A DNA stretch of 63,940 nucleotides, the filler included, from Sphacelaria rigidula (lineage: Eukaryota): NCBI GenBank assembly GCA_964200075.2. It is 9 parts of 9 records of this genome, joined end to end, with 100 filler letters (N's around TTAATTAATTAA, not from the genome) between each part and the next. Parts side by side here need not be neighbours in the genome. Positions count along the whole stretch, not along the records: positions 35,582 to 42,596 come from CAXNAA020016944.1; positions 42,697 to 49,711 come from CAXNAA020016945.1; positions 49,812 to 56,826 come from CAXNAA020016946.1; 6 more parts are not named here. One strand, given 5' to 3'. Under the pieces are notes generated by a model. The model was given only the letters and a program-made list of their open reading frames with translations, was not told the DNA's origin and ran no database searches. Shown here piece by piece: positions 36,652-49,838 of the stretch. Made by a program: the position numbers and the translations under genes. How positions within the stretch are numbered: position 1 is the first letter of the stretch; every line of letters starts with the position of its first letter.

Positions 36652-37785
36652 TTGGGTTTGCGTTCACCAGTTGGCCTACACGTAAGCGAAATAGAGGCAG
36701 CACCAACCAGTATGGATGGCATTGCAAAGTCAGAGTTTCGTGTGGCATGGTTAGGCGCGATGCAGGCCGAGCGAGGAGGTCACGAAAAGGCTGGAACATT
36801 TTCGACTGGCCCTGTTGTACCGAAAGCAGCAAACGTGATTTCAGCAAAGTGGGTTTTTAGTTGGAAGACTGACGCAGGTGGTACTGTAACGAAGGCAAGG
36901 GCAAGGTTGGTAGCGCGAGGATTTGGGCAACGTTTTGCAGTCGACTATTTCGAGACTTTCGCGGCAACGCCCTCCATGGCCTCCATCAAACTGGTCATGG
37001 CAGTGGCAGTTCAGGAAGAGTGGCCGCTACACCATTTTGATGTGACACAGGCTTTTGTTCAAGCGGAAATGGACACTGATGTGTGCATGAGATTGCCTGA
37101 AGGAAGCTCCGTTCTGATAGACGTGACCGTGAAGCTTGAAAAATCTATTCACGGGATCAAGCAAGCGGGTAGGCGGTGGTTTCGTCTTCTGTGTAAAACT
37201 TTACTGGAGAATGTCGGGATGGTGCAGTGCGAAGCTGATCCATGTGTTTTTAAGATGGAGGATGCAGGAGACACTTTCTACGATAGCCCCCACCCCAAAA
37301 CCAGCTAAACGTGTCACGAAAACAATGGCCATACAGCGCCAGATGTTCGGGTTCAGGTTGTGCATGAAGCGCCTCATATTGGCGAGATTGGCTACAACGA
37401 ACCTAAGCGTGGGAATTCCCAGCTTCTCGTTGTTTTCGGCTTCTCCCATTTCGATTTACGTGAAGCTTTTGCCTCTCAAAACCGTGCACTTTTTTGGGGG
37501 GGGCTATCGTACAAAGTGTGAGGAGAAGCACGTGTGATTTTAGTTGTCCATGTGGACGACATCCTCATCAGTGGTACTGAGGAATATGTAGGAACGGTGG
37601 ACCAAATCCTCGACAAAAAGTTCCCTACGAACAATCTAGAAGAAGTAACCTGGTACATGGGGTGCGCGGTGGATAGAGACTGGGATAAAGGCACGCTGTC
37701 TGTGACGCAAACCACGTTCACGGACACGCTCCTGAAGCATTTTGAGGTGAGGGGGTATCGGAAATCCCTGCCTCTCTTTCTGTAA
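36652..37785 (+). pseudogene. Copia reverse transcriptase interrupted by a MITE
   Basis: ISAKWVFSWK..KARARLVARGF, FDVTQAFVQA, SIHGIKQAGRRW, DPCVF / ILVVHVDDILI. Confidence 0.92.
37270..37520. mobile_element. 251-bp MITE nested in the Copia RT
   Basis: TIRs gacactttctacgatagcccc / ggggctatcgtacaaagtgtg with AGGA on both flanks; removing it restores DAGEARVILVVHVDD. Confidence 0.88.
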
Positions 37786-37787
37786 AG

Positions 37788-38513
37788 TTGGGACCGACAA
37801 CGGGCGAAGACAAGAAGGTGAATCGCCCATACCGTAACGCAGTGGGGGGGTTGATGTGGCTGGCAACAGTCACTAGACCCGACATCGCGAATTCAGTACG
37901 AGCGCTTGCTCGGCAGTCGCATGACCCATGCGCGAGGCACTGGGAAGCTGTTTTGAAAGTGTTGAAGTACCTCAATGAGACGAAGGGTTTTGGACTTACG
38001 TTCGAGAAAGGTCACGATAGGCTTTCCGTTTTCTGCGATGCAGATTACGCGAAGAATGAAACGGATAGGCGCTCGGTATCAGGGGTAGCCGTGATGTACG
38101 GTGGTGTGGTTGTGTCGGCAACTAGCCGCACGCAACACTGCGTAACCTTGTCGACTACGGAAGCAGAGTGTGTTGCGATGGTCGAGGGGGCAAAGGAGGG
38201 ATTGTTCGTGAAGGCAGTGTTGACGTTCCTGCGACCGCAGATTGTGTCGGGAAGCAGGGAAAACCAAGGTATTGTTTTGTACGAGGATAACGAGGGAGCA
38301 AAAGCTCTGGCCGAGAATCCTCTCAGCTCCGAAAGGAGTAAGCACATAGACGTGAGATATCACTTCATTCGAGAGCTGGTGGGGACGGGAAAGATCAGGG
38401 TTGTACATGTAGGCTCAGGATGGCAGCATGCAGATATTTTGACGAAGCCTCTTTCGATCAGCCTGTTTACGAGGCACAGACGTTTTTTTATGAACTTGAA
38501 AGGTGACAAGTAG
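37788..38513 (+). pseudogene. Copia RT C-terminus and RNase H
   Basis: YRNAVGGLMWL..TRPDIA, FCDADYA..DRRSVSG, LSTTEAEC, EDNEGA, SKHIDVRYHFIRE, ADILTKPL. Confidence 0.93.
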
Positions 38514-38810
38514 GTACGATTTTTTGTGTGTACCATTGTGCTCGTGCCGGGTATTTTGAGATGTTCGAGTGATGCATTTATGCGTATTTTGGGTTAAGCC
38601 ACCCACGCTACTTTGAGGGGCATGGGTTTTGTAGGGCGTTTCCCGACATGTCGTGTATCTGCCTTGACCGGCGCCCATGGATTATCTAGATGGAGCACAA
38701 GCTGTTAAGCGGAGGGGGTTTTTGCCCGGATGGCCGGGTTTCCCCCTTGAAACGTTTCTATTTTTCTGAGAGGAGATGCCATGACGACTGATGTACCGGT
38801 TCAGAGGGGG

Positions 38811-39008
38811 TGTTGATGTGAACAGGTACACTGAGTGAACATGCACACGTGCGGATATAATTATGCGGACGTGCGGGTACTGGTAGTCGAGTGTGTGTGC
38901 CTACAGTATCCCACTCATGGCAGCTACCGAGCTGCCATGAGAGCTCACTCTCTCTCAGCATCTGATCCCTCAGTCATAGGGTCAACTCAGTCTAGGCACT
39001 CTCCAATA
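38811..39008 (+). mobile_element. Copia 3' LTR
   Basis: Starts TGTTG directly after the polypurine tract; ends CTCCAATA (degenerate CAACA). Confidence 0.6.
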
Positions 39009-41348
39009 ATACAAAAGATAAAACTATCTATCCTTCGCCACGGGTCACGGAATAGGTATCTGGGGTCAAGCCTCGTCTTCGGCACATTGTGGTTCGAGGG
39101 AAATGCGGCGGGAACAAAAAAATTCGATCGAAAAGATCGGATACTGTATGTGACCTCTTTAACACATGTGTCGCGGAAGGTAATGACGATCCATTACATA
39201 TATGATTTTGTATTTTCCGTCGCACTTTGAGGATCGAAAGAAATATATATATATGCTGATGGGGTTCGCATGATTTTCGAAGGGATCCAATTATCCTACT
39301 TTTTATAGAATCCCCTCGTCAAAGGGGATTGCTCGCACAACGGCCAGCTTGAGTATTATTACTATTCCTTGTTTCTGTCGCGATTTGAAGCCCTCCACTT
39401 CCTCGGGATGAGTCCGTGGTCTCAAGGGATCAACCTATTTCTCCCCCGGTACACGGCTTGCATTTTGGTCTCGCGGATTGGGTCAGCACTCCCGCATCGC
39501 GTCAACTCACGTCAAACAAACTCAGTCGACTACTTTGTTTACTCAGGTTCTCACGCTTTCCATGGTGGAAATAAGGCATTACCAAGAAGAACCCCCCACA
39601 CATGGGAAATTGAAACCTCGTTTTCTCCACCCTAATGGTGACAGTCGGGCCATTATTACACCACCGGGGCGCGGCGGTTAAGACTCTGTTCCCGATTTCC
39701 TGGTAAGCTTTTTTTTTCAAGTCAAGGTGATTGCGATTTATCAGATGATGACACCCTTTGGCCGCCAGGTCAGGCCCTCCTATGAATCGCCATCCCTTTC
39801 ACTTGAAAAAACAGGACATAGCCCCGAGCCAGCGAATAAACCAGGAAACCGGGAAACAAGTTGGAGATACCTCTACTATACTACTATGGAGAAGCAGTTT
39901 TGTCCAGACCGAGGCCCAAATCTGCATACGGGTAGGTTAGGAACTGCGGCGGTTCCGGAAGTGATTGTGAGGTCTACATCATCCCCGTGACGCAGCAAGG
40001 CCACACGATACCTGCACACCGTACCCAGACAAAAGAACTTGCATGGTGTCCACGCAAACCAAAAACAGCATACCGCTCGAGCCGTAGCTGCTCATCGGCT
40101 GAGCACGTTGTGCGTGATCTTGCTCAAGTCTGTTCAGAAGTCAATGAGAAATGAGAATTCGCATGGGACGCGTGCACAGCATCCGCACACAAACGATCAG
40201 CAACGACACGCTTTCGTTCGTAATTTGACGCGCAGTGGCCGCGGTTCCTCCAATACAGAACGGATTACTACCGACGGATGCTACGATGGGGGGGGGGGTG
40301 TTTGGGGCTACTTCTTCCACGAAGGAGCCACTTTGGAGTCATCTTGGGATAGGGGGGCGGGTGTTGTGGGCCTCTTCTTGCGCGAAGAAGACAGTTCGAA
40401 CGATCGTTGCAAGCAGCAAATTTCGCTCCTATGCTCTTGTTATCAACATCACACGCGTGTTCACAAGGATTGACATCTCTGTCACCCACCTACAAGGATG
40501 ACGGGTGGCCGAAGTCGTATCAGTACACACTCATGAACCGAGGTAAGTACGTTTCCCGGCACCACCTTCCGATCATGTGTCACGGATCCTTTTCGCCTTG
40601 TCCGCGCACTCAATAGTGGACAGGTTGGCAATGAAACCACCATCATTACTGTCGGGAATAGACTCCACTGATAGGCCCAAGTGGCCAATGCTATATCATT
40701 TGAATCGCGGGGCTACACTTCAAGTGTATTTCCTAGCGGAACACAATGCAACACGGAGAGATATACGCAGGTAACTGGTTGTCGGCGGCGGCGACAGTTT
40801 TTCTCATCGGCTGTCAACCATCATTTCCTCCACCATGTCCGATTTTCATCAAAATCGAACCGGATTGATGAGCACTCGTCCAGTGCGCCTCCCAACATTA
40901 TGCGAGGCAAGTGGATGTCAACCACAAGACTTGTTGACATCCACACTTGCCGTTCAGTCTCTCATCCCATGCGGACGGTGCCTTGCGTGCGAGGAGAACG
41001 AGCTCAATGTCGCGCCCCGAGTTTATGTGAGGGTCGGCAAGGATGAAAGCCGCCGAGCCGTACGACAGGCACTTCCTTATACGATCAGCTACGCCGTCCA
41101 CGTCTGGCTACCAGTCCATACTAGGGTCGTTGTCGGACGCCGGTCACGATGACTCCGCTGGTGGCAGTATGATGCCTTCGCGACATCGGGCGCATTCCTC
41201 GGATCTACCGTTGCGACAGCTGCTGCACCTGCGCGGGTAGAATGCGGATTAGCGAAGCGAAGCTGTGGAGATACCACGACCTATTGCGCCGGAATAAATA
41301 AACATTTCTATGACATTACTGCGAGCGCTGCTGCCCACAAGTACCAGT

Positions 41349-41388
41349 CAGTAGTAGTAGTAGTAGCAGTAGTAGTAGCAGTAGTAGT
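41349..41388 (+). repeat. (AGT)n microsatellite
   Basis: Directly visible. Confidence 0.85.
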
Positions 41389-42480
41389 AAAGTGGAGTGT
41401 GGTTGAGAAACGAAGTTTCTGCTGCTGTCCCACAGGAGAGTTATGGGTACAATTTCACTCGAGATGGAGGTGGCACACAAATTCCTTTTTCAGACTCCCA
41501 CTTCAATAAGCGAGTTTTTCGCTATGGAATTTACGCGCATACGTGTATTGCCGATGTTTCGGCCATCAGGTGGGGTCTGGCTATTTATCCACGAGGACAT
41601 CTCAATGTTCGAGATGCTGTACGTACGGCGGTGCGGCTGTACGGATACTAAAAAATCATTGATGTGCTTGAGGGAAGGTACGCGCCGCTTTGAAAATTGG
41701 TCCTAGAAGCACTGCCCCCTCGCCCTGAGTCCCGTCTCTGCCTTACACGGGCGTATGAGATATCGTGAACCCCATTCACAGACGTACGCTTGTGTTTGTA
41801 TAAATGCGAAACGGCGTCCTGAGGGGGTGAAACACTCAGGCGACACCCACATCTACGCGTGCGATGCAAAAACCCTCGTTTCATCCTTCGCATGTGAGAG
41901 GGCGATGTTCTGACGCGGACACTAATATGAGGTAGTACAGGCGTATATCGACGAAATTTCGACGATACATTTCGTGCCACCACCGCTGGACGTCGTGTAC
42001 ACGGTGGTGACGAGAATCAGCGACCTTCGGGTGACCATAGCGTATATGCAAGCCATTGCAAATACATGCTAACATATATATATATACATAGAATGTATGC
42101 CTTACCGCAGATTCAAGTTTCGAGAACACCTGCCAATACAGATCCTCTGTAGTTCCAAGCATAAGTCGCACATCTTGTGTCCTGCATCTCTCCGAGCGCA
42201 TGCATTCCATGTGGCTGTTGGGGCGGACGGCCTATGAAGCGAGTGTACGTCCAGTCGTGGTTCATCTTGGTCTTGCGTGGCAACGGGTGAGTGTGTCGGT
42301 GTATGCTATCTACGCCGAAGGTGTGTCGCCGCAGCTTCGCTCAGTGTTGCTCCCTATTGGCAATCGTGGTCAACGCACACGCCGACGAAAAAAGAGCGGA
42401 AGCGCTTCGGCATGTTGCAGTACGGCGGCATCACAGTATATCTTCTCCCTGTCTGCATGGGTCGCAAGAGGTACTCATAA

Positions 42481-42596
42481 CAGTGTTTTAGTGAGACTGA
42501 GAGTAGATGATACGATTGAGAGTGAACAGCGGTCAAACAGTGAATGAATCGTTTCAGTTCCGAAATGCACTTTCACGAGGCCCAACATGCTTTCTG
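42481..42596 (+). repeat. Repeat family R2, cut by the contig end
   Basis: cagtgttttagtgagactgagagtagatgatacgattgagagtg; reverse complement of 14235..14291. Confidence 0.75.
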
Positions 42597-42696
42597 NNNN
42601 NNNNNNNNNNNNNNNNNNNNNNNNNNNNNNNNNNNNNNNNTTAATTAATTAANNNNNNNNNNNNNNNNNNNNNNNNNNNNNNNNNNNNNNNNNNNN
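42597..42696. other. Artificial contig linker
   Basis: Same N44-TTAATTAATTAA-N44 design. Confidence 0.98.
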
Positions 42697-43473
42697 CAGT
42701 CGCACGGCAAGTGGTGTTCACATGTCGGGACGTACGGAAGAGATAAATTTTGAGCGGCCGCGCGACAGGGACACACGGCACACAGGTGGGGCGAGCGACG
42801 AACGGAGAACACAAGAATCAGCGCCGGATAAGTGTCGAGAGTGTTGCCTGCTTCGCGGTACAGTACAGTACGGTCAAGCAGTGGATTTGATTTCAATGCG
42901 CGACACAGTCGACGCATGTGGCACAGTAGTTCGACACCCGCACGCTAGATACCACCCCCTCCAAAAAATCCCCCGGCGGGTGAAGACTTCCGGCTGTTTA
43001 TGGGATTACCAAAGCAGGCGTTTTCTGCACAAATTTCGAGTCGCCACGATGTACACGGTCGATCAGCGTGTAGCAGATCGCCCACACAGTAGCTCTGTGA
43101 GTCGAGACGGTTTATGCCTCCGCTCGAGCTCGTGCATTTCCAACACGCTCAAGCAAGGCAAGGATTCCCGTGAATCCAAATACAGGACACGGTAGACGGG
43201 GACGTCGACTACCCACCTACTACTCATGACAATTCCGCACAGAAAGAAATGCCCATCCAAGGTCGCCGATCAAAATAACATGAAAACCTACAGTACACGC
43301 ACTGCCAATATTCCCCCCTTGACCAAAAAATAAAAACGTGGTTGAACGGCAGCCAATGTACGACGAACGCCCGGCACAAAATCGACACACATGGAAGGGA
43401 AGGGAAGGGGGGGGGGGGGAGGGGGGCGTCTACTCACCACTACACTCAACCACGCCCGGACTGATCAACGCAC

Positions 43474-46400
43474 CTCCACCTCCTGGGGCACATCCACCAC
43501 GTCAATCGAGAGCAGGGAGAACCCGCACTGCGGACAGCACAAAGGGAGCCCGTCCGCGTCCAGTACTTCACTTCCCGGCTCTCCTTGCACCTTATCTGTC
43601 CCCACCGCCGCCATTCCAGAGCGACTTCTCTCCGTCGATGCATGGTGCAGGGATCGAGCCGCGGGTGTGCGCATGTCTGGCGCCTCTTGCTTCACTCGAT
43701 CGCGCCCTACATCATTACGAAAAAATATCGCAGCACACACATACGGACGGCACGGTGCCATAAGGCCGACCAATAGCGAGGGAATGGGTGTACTGATTGA
43801 CCTGAACTGAACTAGACCAAACATACCATTTTCACGTCAACTTTGATCCAATTTTGCAATATTTTCGACAATTTTGAATCTGCTTTTGGCCGAAGTCGAC
43901 CGATCTTGGCCATTTTTTTCGCTGGACAGGATAAACACCTCGATGAAGGGGTTGTAAATGAGGCGTGGCTAGCGTCTGGAAAAGCAGTTGGCCGGGCTGA
44001 AAAACTCTTCCATTCATCTTTGCTTCTGGTTTCACCGGGTGTTCATGCTCCTCGCCCCCGGAGTTGGTGCGAAATATATTTTCGAGCCGACGAATTTATC
44101 CGGGCTGCCCGGTCGTGCAGTGTAAATGAAGATTACAAAACAAAAATCAACGGGATTTGACTCGGAAAACGCCAAATAAAGCCAGAAAAAAAAACGACCC
44201 AAAAATCACACGCGGTGAAGGGCCGACACGAACAACACGGTCCCCATTGACGGGATAGAGCATATATGTAGCGAGTTCTTCGCTTCGTTGTGGTTCATAA
44301 ACTGTAAGACACCAGACACCAGACACCAGACACCAGCAGCGAACACACATCACCTACGCACAAAACACGCACAGAAGCGGACGAAAAAAGGGAAAACGCA
44401 CCGATGCCCCTCGACAAGCACTTGCGGTGGAACATCAGGTCCTTGCAGATCGACTTCCCGCTCGTGCACTTCCACATCGGCTGGGTTTTATTCTTCGTAC
44501 CACAGTGGCCGCACCGTCTCTCCCGGGACTCCTTCTCCTTCTTGCTCATCATATCCGGCCGCTGTTTGGCCGGTCGCACACCACCCGAGGTCTGTAAATG
44601 GGCCATGAGATTAATTCGGGCACGGGGGGAAGTGGGGGCAGGAGGGAAGTGGGGTATTTAATTCTTCAATTTCACGTCTAGAAATCGACGACAAAGGCGA
44701 TAAGCTAGCCAGAAGAAAGACACAACGAGCTGAATTCGGGAAATCTAAAAAATATAATTCCCGATCGTATTTTGGAAGACATTTCTGCACATCTTCCAAT
44801 ATTTTCAATGAAATTAAATCATCAGCAGAATCGTCATTAATAAGTCCGATTGCACCCGAACCGACGCGCGAGGATGAATCTTTGAGCATGACGCGCGAGG
44901 ATGAAGGCAAGGAGGCGTGAAATCGCCGTTCGTCTCCAGTATCAGAGGGTAGACAAAGCAAACGACTTCTAAACACAAAACAAATAAAACAGAACACACG
45001 CACGTACAAGACAAGGAACAGGTTACCCACAAACCGTATTGTACCATCGACAAGAGTGAACGTATCTAAAGCATTTCACGGAAGTTTGAACGTTGATTAT
45101 TACTCGGGTGACAAAACACGACCAAGCTCGTTCAATTTTACAAGTTCCACTGAAAAACGAGCAACAAATAACCATGAAAAAAAAATTCTCGCACACATGA
45201 TGATCCATCACCATCGGTGTATCATTTTAAACTGCATCAAACACACCGATAGACTCTTCTCTACACCGTTCAAGCTCACCTTTTGAGCTTCACGTATCAG
45301 CTACACATACTGACACGATGAACAACAATAACATCAACGACAACAACAGCAGCAACAACAACAACAGTGTGTGTCCCGAACGCACTCAAATGCGGTGATA
45401 ATTCCAACTGCCCTCACTTGAACCCGCCACCAACACATGACCAAGACATCAACACAAAAATCAACCTCCTCCACCCCCCACCCCCCCTCCCCCCATAATC
45501 GAAAGGGATGCGTGGTCAACGGTCTAACGACTAAGGTAAGCAACGAATGAGTACGCCCTCCCCCCGCGATAATCGCCATCTTTCATCGTTAGCCGCCGAA
45601 CCAAACGTGAAACGTTCTAATCAATCTTCAAAATTGAGTGCACCATGATGACGTCAGCCGCATCTCCACACATCTGATGACATAAGTCTCACCTTAGCCA
45701 CCACCATGCCCGCCTCCAGATCCTCCCCGGTGCACACCGGGCACACATATTCTCCCTGCCGAAACACCGACCAATAAGGGGAGGAGGCAAAGGAGTGAGG
45801 GGAGGGGGGGTGTACTAATGATCATGCATGCCATAGTCATATGACCGTTGACCTCGCATCCCTACAATGCCGGGACGGAGCACGCCGGGTTTTCGCCGAA
45901 CCAGGCTCGCACTCAATCACCAGGCGCGAAGCGCCGTGTTATCGGCGAGTCGCATGAAGGATGAGCTGCATCCTGCTAAGATTGTTCGGCCCGAAGCCTA
46001 CTGATTATCTTCCATTTCGATGACAGCCTATCACGAGTTGCTTTGGTTTCTGGTATCGCCACTTTCAGAGACGGCCATGGCTTATACACTGCTGTGGACT
46101 TGCTGAAACACGGTACTTGGGTTAGATTTTAGCACCCCCCCTCACGCGGCTGACAAGGTTATCACGCCACCAATCGAGAGCATGAATTTCGGGACTCTTG
46201 CAAGGAGTACAGCAGGAGGAGAAGAAAAAGGAGCATGCAAAAGAGTGCAAAAAAACGTCATATTACAAAATCGTTGCACATCATCCCTCCAGGGACCAAC
46301 GAACGCTTGAAGCTTCCAGATGTACATGCACACAAGATCAGTGAGTGCCGACGCCCCTTACGCAGGACGTCCGCTTTCTTCCGACTTACGTACCAATTTA

Positions 46401-48534
46401 GACAAGCTCCCGGGGAATTGACGGCAAAATGAACGGAACCAACATCATGACTATAATCGCAGTGGATGGGCGAAATAGATTGCATCTCTCACCGCAGGAG
46501 GGGCATCCAACGGCTGCGGGAGGCAGTAGCAGTGGAAGTAATAGTAGCACTTGTCCCGGTCACACACCAGCACCTGCAAACACACACATGATACACATGG
46601 ACAACAGTGAGGGCGGTTCCGATGGTGTAGGGCCTCAACTTCATGGGAGATGTGGTTTTTATTTGATCACATGGTCATATATTTGACTTTTCGGTACTAC
46701 TGCACTAGGATATGACACTTTTTTCAGGTGAACGTGAAAAAAGAGGTGAAAAAAAAAAAGAGGAAGAAAAGAAAAAGAAGAGAAAAAGAAGAGAAAAAGA
46801 AGAGAAAAAGAAGAGAAAAAGAAAAAGGATCGGGGACTATCCTCCGATGACGAAACTAAATAAAAGTACAGCCCGAGGTAATGGAAAAGCGTCCCAGACG
46901 AAATCTTCCGGAATCGACGTACAGGGGAAAAACGGAAAAAACACGCCCAACAAAAAACGGCAGACCCTGCTCTGCTCGGGAATACGTAGTTGCTACAGAC
47001 AAAATGCGGTCTACTTACGGCCTCTGCTGTTTGTGTCTTTTTCGGAACCGTTTTTTGCATCGAATTCGTGACGCCCCCGCGCGTGATTGTTAAACGCGGT
47101 CGTCATAAAACTCCAGTCCCACAAATCTCGCTTCTTGTCCAGAGTACATTTTTCTTTGTTCCCATCACCACCATATCCACAAGCTCTTCTTCTTACTCGT
47201 ACTGTTTTTTTGTCGTGAACTCGTTGGCCGCGAGGGTAGTCCCTCTCGATCCAACATACTATTTTGAAGTGAAAAAGAAGCTGATTCAAGATATGGTCAA
47301 TGCTCGCTGTCTACGGGTCAACGAGCCGATAGTCATTCCGACCACAAATTCCCGCGCAGACTAACACCGCACTGTACATGTTTTGGGCACACTCACCAGG
47401 TCGTCCCTGTCGTTGGTCTGGCAGGCCATGCAAGGGTTCTCGCAAGCCATGTCTTTTCCCTCCTCGACACAGAGAGGACAGTAGAACCTCTCCGGCACCT
47501 GCGGCCGAGTGGGTGAATGTCAAACATGACGCACGTCGACACCACAACATGCACGCACGGGAGTACAAAAAAAAATCATCTCTATGACCTGCCGCGCTTT
47601 TCATCCATCCACCCGTCGGGACAAATCAGTAGTCTCGGATGTCATCAACCCTACTTTGCCTTGGTTCAGCCAGTACCTGACTTCCCACCCATTCTACCAT
47701 CTAGCACAGGATAAGTATGAGCGCAACCCGTCGACTTTCATCCGAAAAACTGTCCCAGTATCTCGTTTGTTCGCGCTCTTGAAGTATGCATACCAGAACT
47801 ATTTAGTATAATTTGTTCTGTGGATGATGACTGACCCCTTATTCGTAAGAGTGCCAAATAATGATGGGAAGTGTACGTGACGGCTCTCAAGCATGACATC
47901 TCCGCTCCCTAAAGTCCGCCACCTTCAGGTCCAATTCCCGCCACATTGACGTATACCTGGATCTTTCATGTGCCCTTTGGGGGGATAGGACAAACTGCCA
48001 GGTAAAACTGGCGGCGTTTTCCTACACGATCAGGCTGCGGGGATTTCGGCCGATCACGACGCCGGCAACCTGGCCGGCTTGTGCTACCCGTACACTATAT
48101 ATGCCCTCGACTGCGGCGGAAACACTCCCAGGGGCACGGTACCCAGATCTGTTGCTTGCACATCCCAAAAAATGTACAATACCCCAAACACTTGGAGTGA
48201 AAACAGACTTTGAGAGAGAAGATTGTTTCTCAAGTAAACCGACACACGAGTACAACCGCATCTAGAGACAGTCCGCGACGATTACCAAGTCGCTACTCGC
48301 AATAGACGCAACAGACAGTCGATACAGTACCTCGTACACTTTTTTAATACGCAAACATCACGGCACACACGTAACTAAATACTTACGGTTCCCAAGTCTC
48401 ACTTACCTTGTCAAGGGGCGGATCCATGCATCGCATGTGCAAGCTGCGGCGGCAATCGAAGTCGTCACACCCCAGCAGCACATCCCGAGCATTGACACCC
48501 TCGCTCTTCTGGCACTGGAAGCACGTGCGGTCAT
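43474..48534 (-). CDS. Multi-PHD-finger protein, internal part (exons 48534-48407, 47498-47397, 46573-46493, 45755-45693, 44591-44402, 43595-43474)
   Basis: Six AG/GT-bounded, phase-compatible exons encode three C4HC3 fingers: CFQC..GCDDFDCRRSLHMRC..FYCPLC; CMAC..VCDRDKCYYYFHCYC..YVCPVC; CGHC..KCTSGKSICKDLMFHRKC..CCPQC. Confidence 0.88.
45325..45366 (+). repeat. (CAA)n-like microsatellite in an intron
   Basis: Directly visible. Confidence 0.8.
45806..46015 (+). repeat. Repeat family R1 (intronic)
   Basis: Matches 14016..14134 and the reverse complement of 58698..58895. Confidence 0.85.
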
Positions 48535-49489
48535 CTGGTGACGAGACACATTTCATTTGTTATCCCCCCCCCCAACCCCCAAACCGAAGCAAATATCACG
48601 CGACAAGGCCGCCCGCATAAACACACGCACACAAATCGAGGTAAGAGCGTGTATGATGAAACCATTGACGGCGAGGGCTGTCAAGATAATTATCATGCCA
48701 CCAACCTTGGATGGACTGTACGAGAAGCGGACGGAGCGCGCCCGGGGGGGGGGGGGCTGACGCTTCCTCTACTCTCCTCACTTCCGGGCTTTTGTCTCAA
48801 GCGCGCGAATGAAAATAAAATATGAAGAAGAAACTAAACTTGCAAGTGTGAAGGTGATTTTTTTTCAAACCGATACTTGAGACAACGCATCTGCCAACCA
48901 TTAATGGGTTTCAGGGGGAACGAACTTACAACACAAGCAGCCCCCACAGGTTTACTATGTATGATGGTCCAGTAGCACACGCTGGACAAAATATGGGCAA
49001 TAGTTGCGACAAAAGAATGTACTGTGTAAAGTATAGGCCTTTTGCAACCATTGTCGGACCGACCATAGGCGCATGAGACCTACACTTTACGCGGCACAAT
49101 TTCTCTTCATCGCAACTGTTATCACATTATGTGCAGGTTGTGGATAGCAGCAAAACTATTTTTTTGATTCGAAGCACACTGTCTCGTGGGGGAGGGACTT
49201 CGTGAATCATAGTCAACGGAGTTTGTGCGGAACATGCCCACGAGTCTTCTGTGTGTAGAAATCTCAGAACGACGAGCACTCGAACAAAAACGAGTTCTCC
49301 TTGTTTTCGATAATCAAAACATGGGGCGTGATTGCGGATTGGCAGTCCAGTCCCCAAATCATCATTAGTTGGAATCAAGGCTCCATCTCAGGCGCCGGTT
49401 ATTCCACGAAATGCTACGTAACTTTCCCAGACATTGCATCCCACCAAACCATTCATTCCATCCTCCCCCCCCCGCGTATCGCTTAGCAA

Positions 49490-49590
49490 CTGCGAGCCTG
49501 TTACGGCTAAAACCCCGCGTGCTCTATCCCGGCTTTGTAGGGATGCGAGGTTAATGGTTTCATGACTACAGGATGCAAGATCATGAGACC
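49490..49590 (-). repeat. Repeat family R1 fragment
   Basis: cccggctttgtagggatgcgaggttaatgg is the reverse complement of the R1 core. Confidence 0.7.
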
Positions 49591-49711
49591 TTCTCCCCCC
49601 GCCCCGTCCCGTATATGGATGCGTCGTCAATGGCTAAGTGACAACGGCAAGCAACAGACCAGTGCCCCCCCCCCTCCCCTCCCCCACACTCACCAGTGGA
49701 AAACCCGTTCT

Positions 49712-49811
49712 NNNNNNNNNNNNNNNNNNNNNNNNNNNNNNNNNNNNNNNNNNNNTTAATTAATTAANNNNNNNNNNNNNNNNNNNNNNNNNNNNNNNNN
49801 NNNNNNNNNNN
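49712..49811. other. Artificial contig linker
   Basis: Same N44-TTAATTAATTAA-N44 design. Confidence 0.98.
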
Positions 49812-49838
49812 TTTTAATCCTCCGGGTTCTCATCCTCA

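Larger units (their letters stand above)
35582..39008 (+). mobile_element. Ty1/Copia LTR retrotransposon, 3' half (INT end-RT-RH-PPT-3' LTR), decayed
   Basis: KKLQPKAEKCWYL (integrase-SH3 region), copia RT and RNase H motifs, agaggggg PPT then a TGTTG LTR. Confidence 0.93.

Noticed and set aside
46659..47071. Lys/Glu-rich and Phe-rich ORFs
   Set aside because: Produced by an intronic A/G simple-sequence tract
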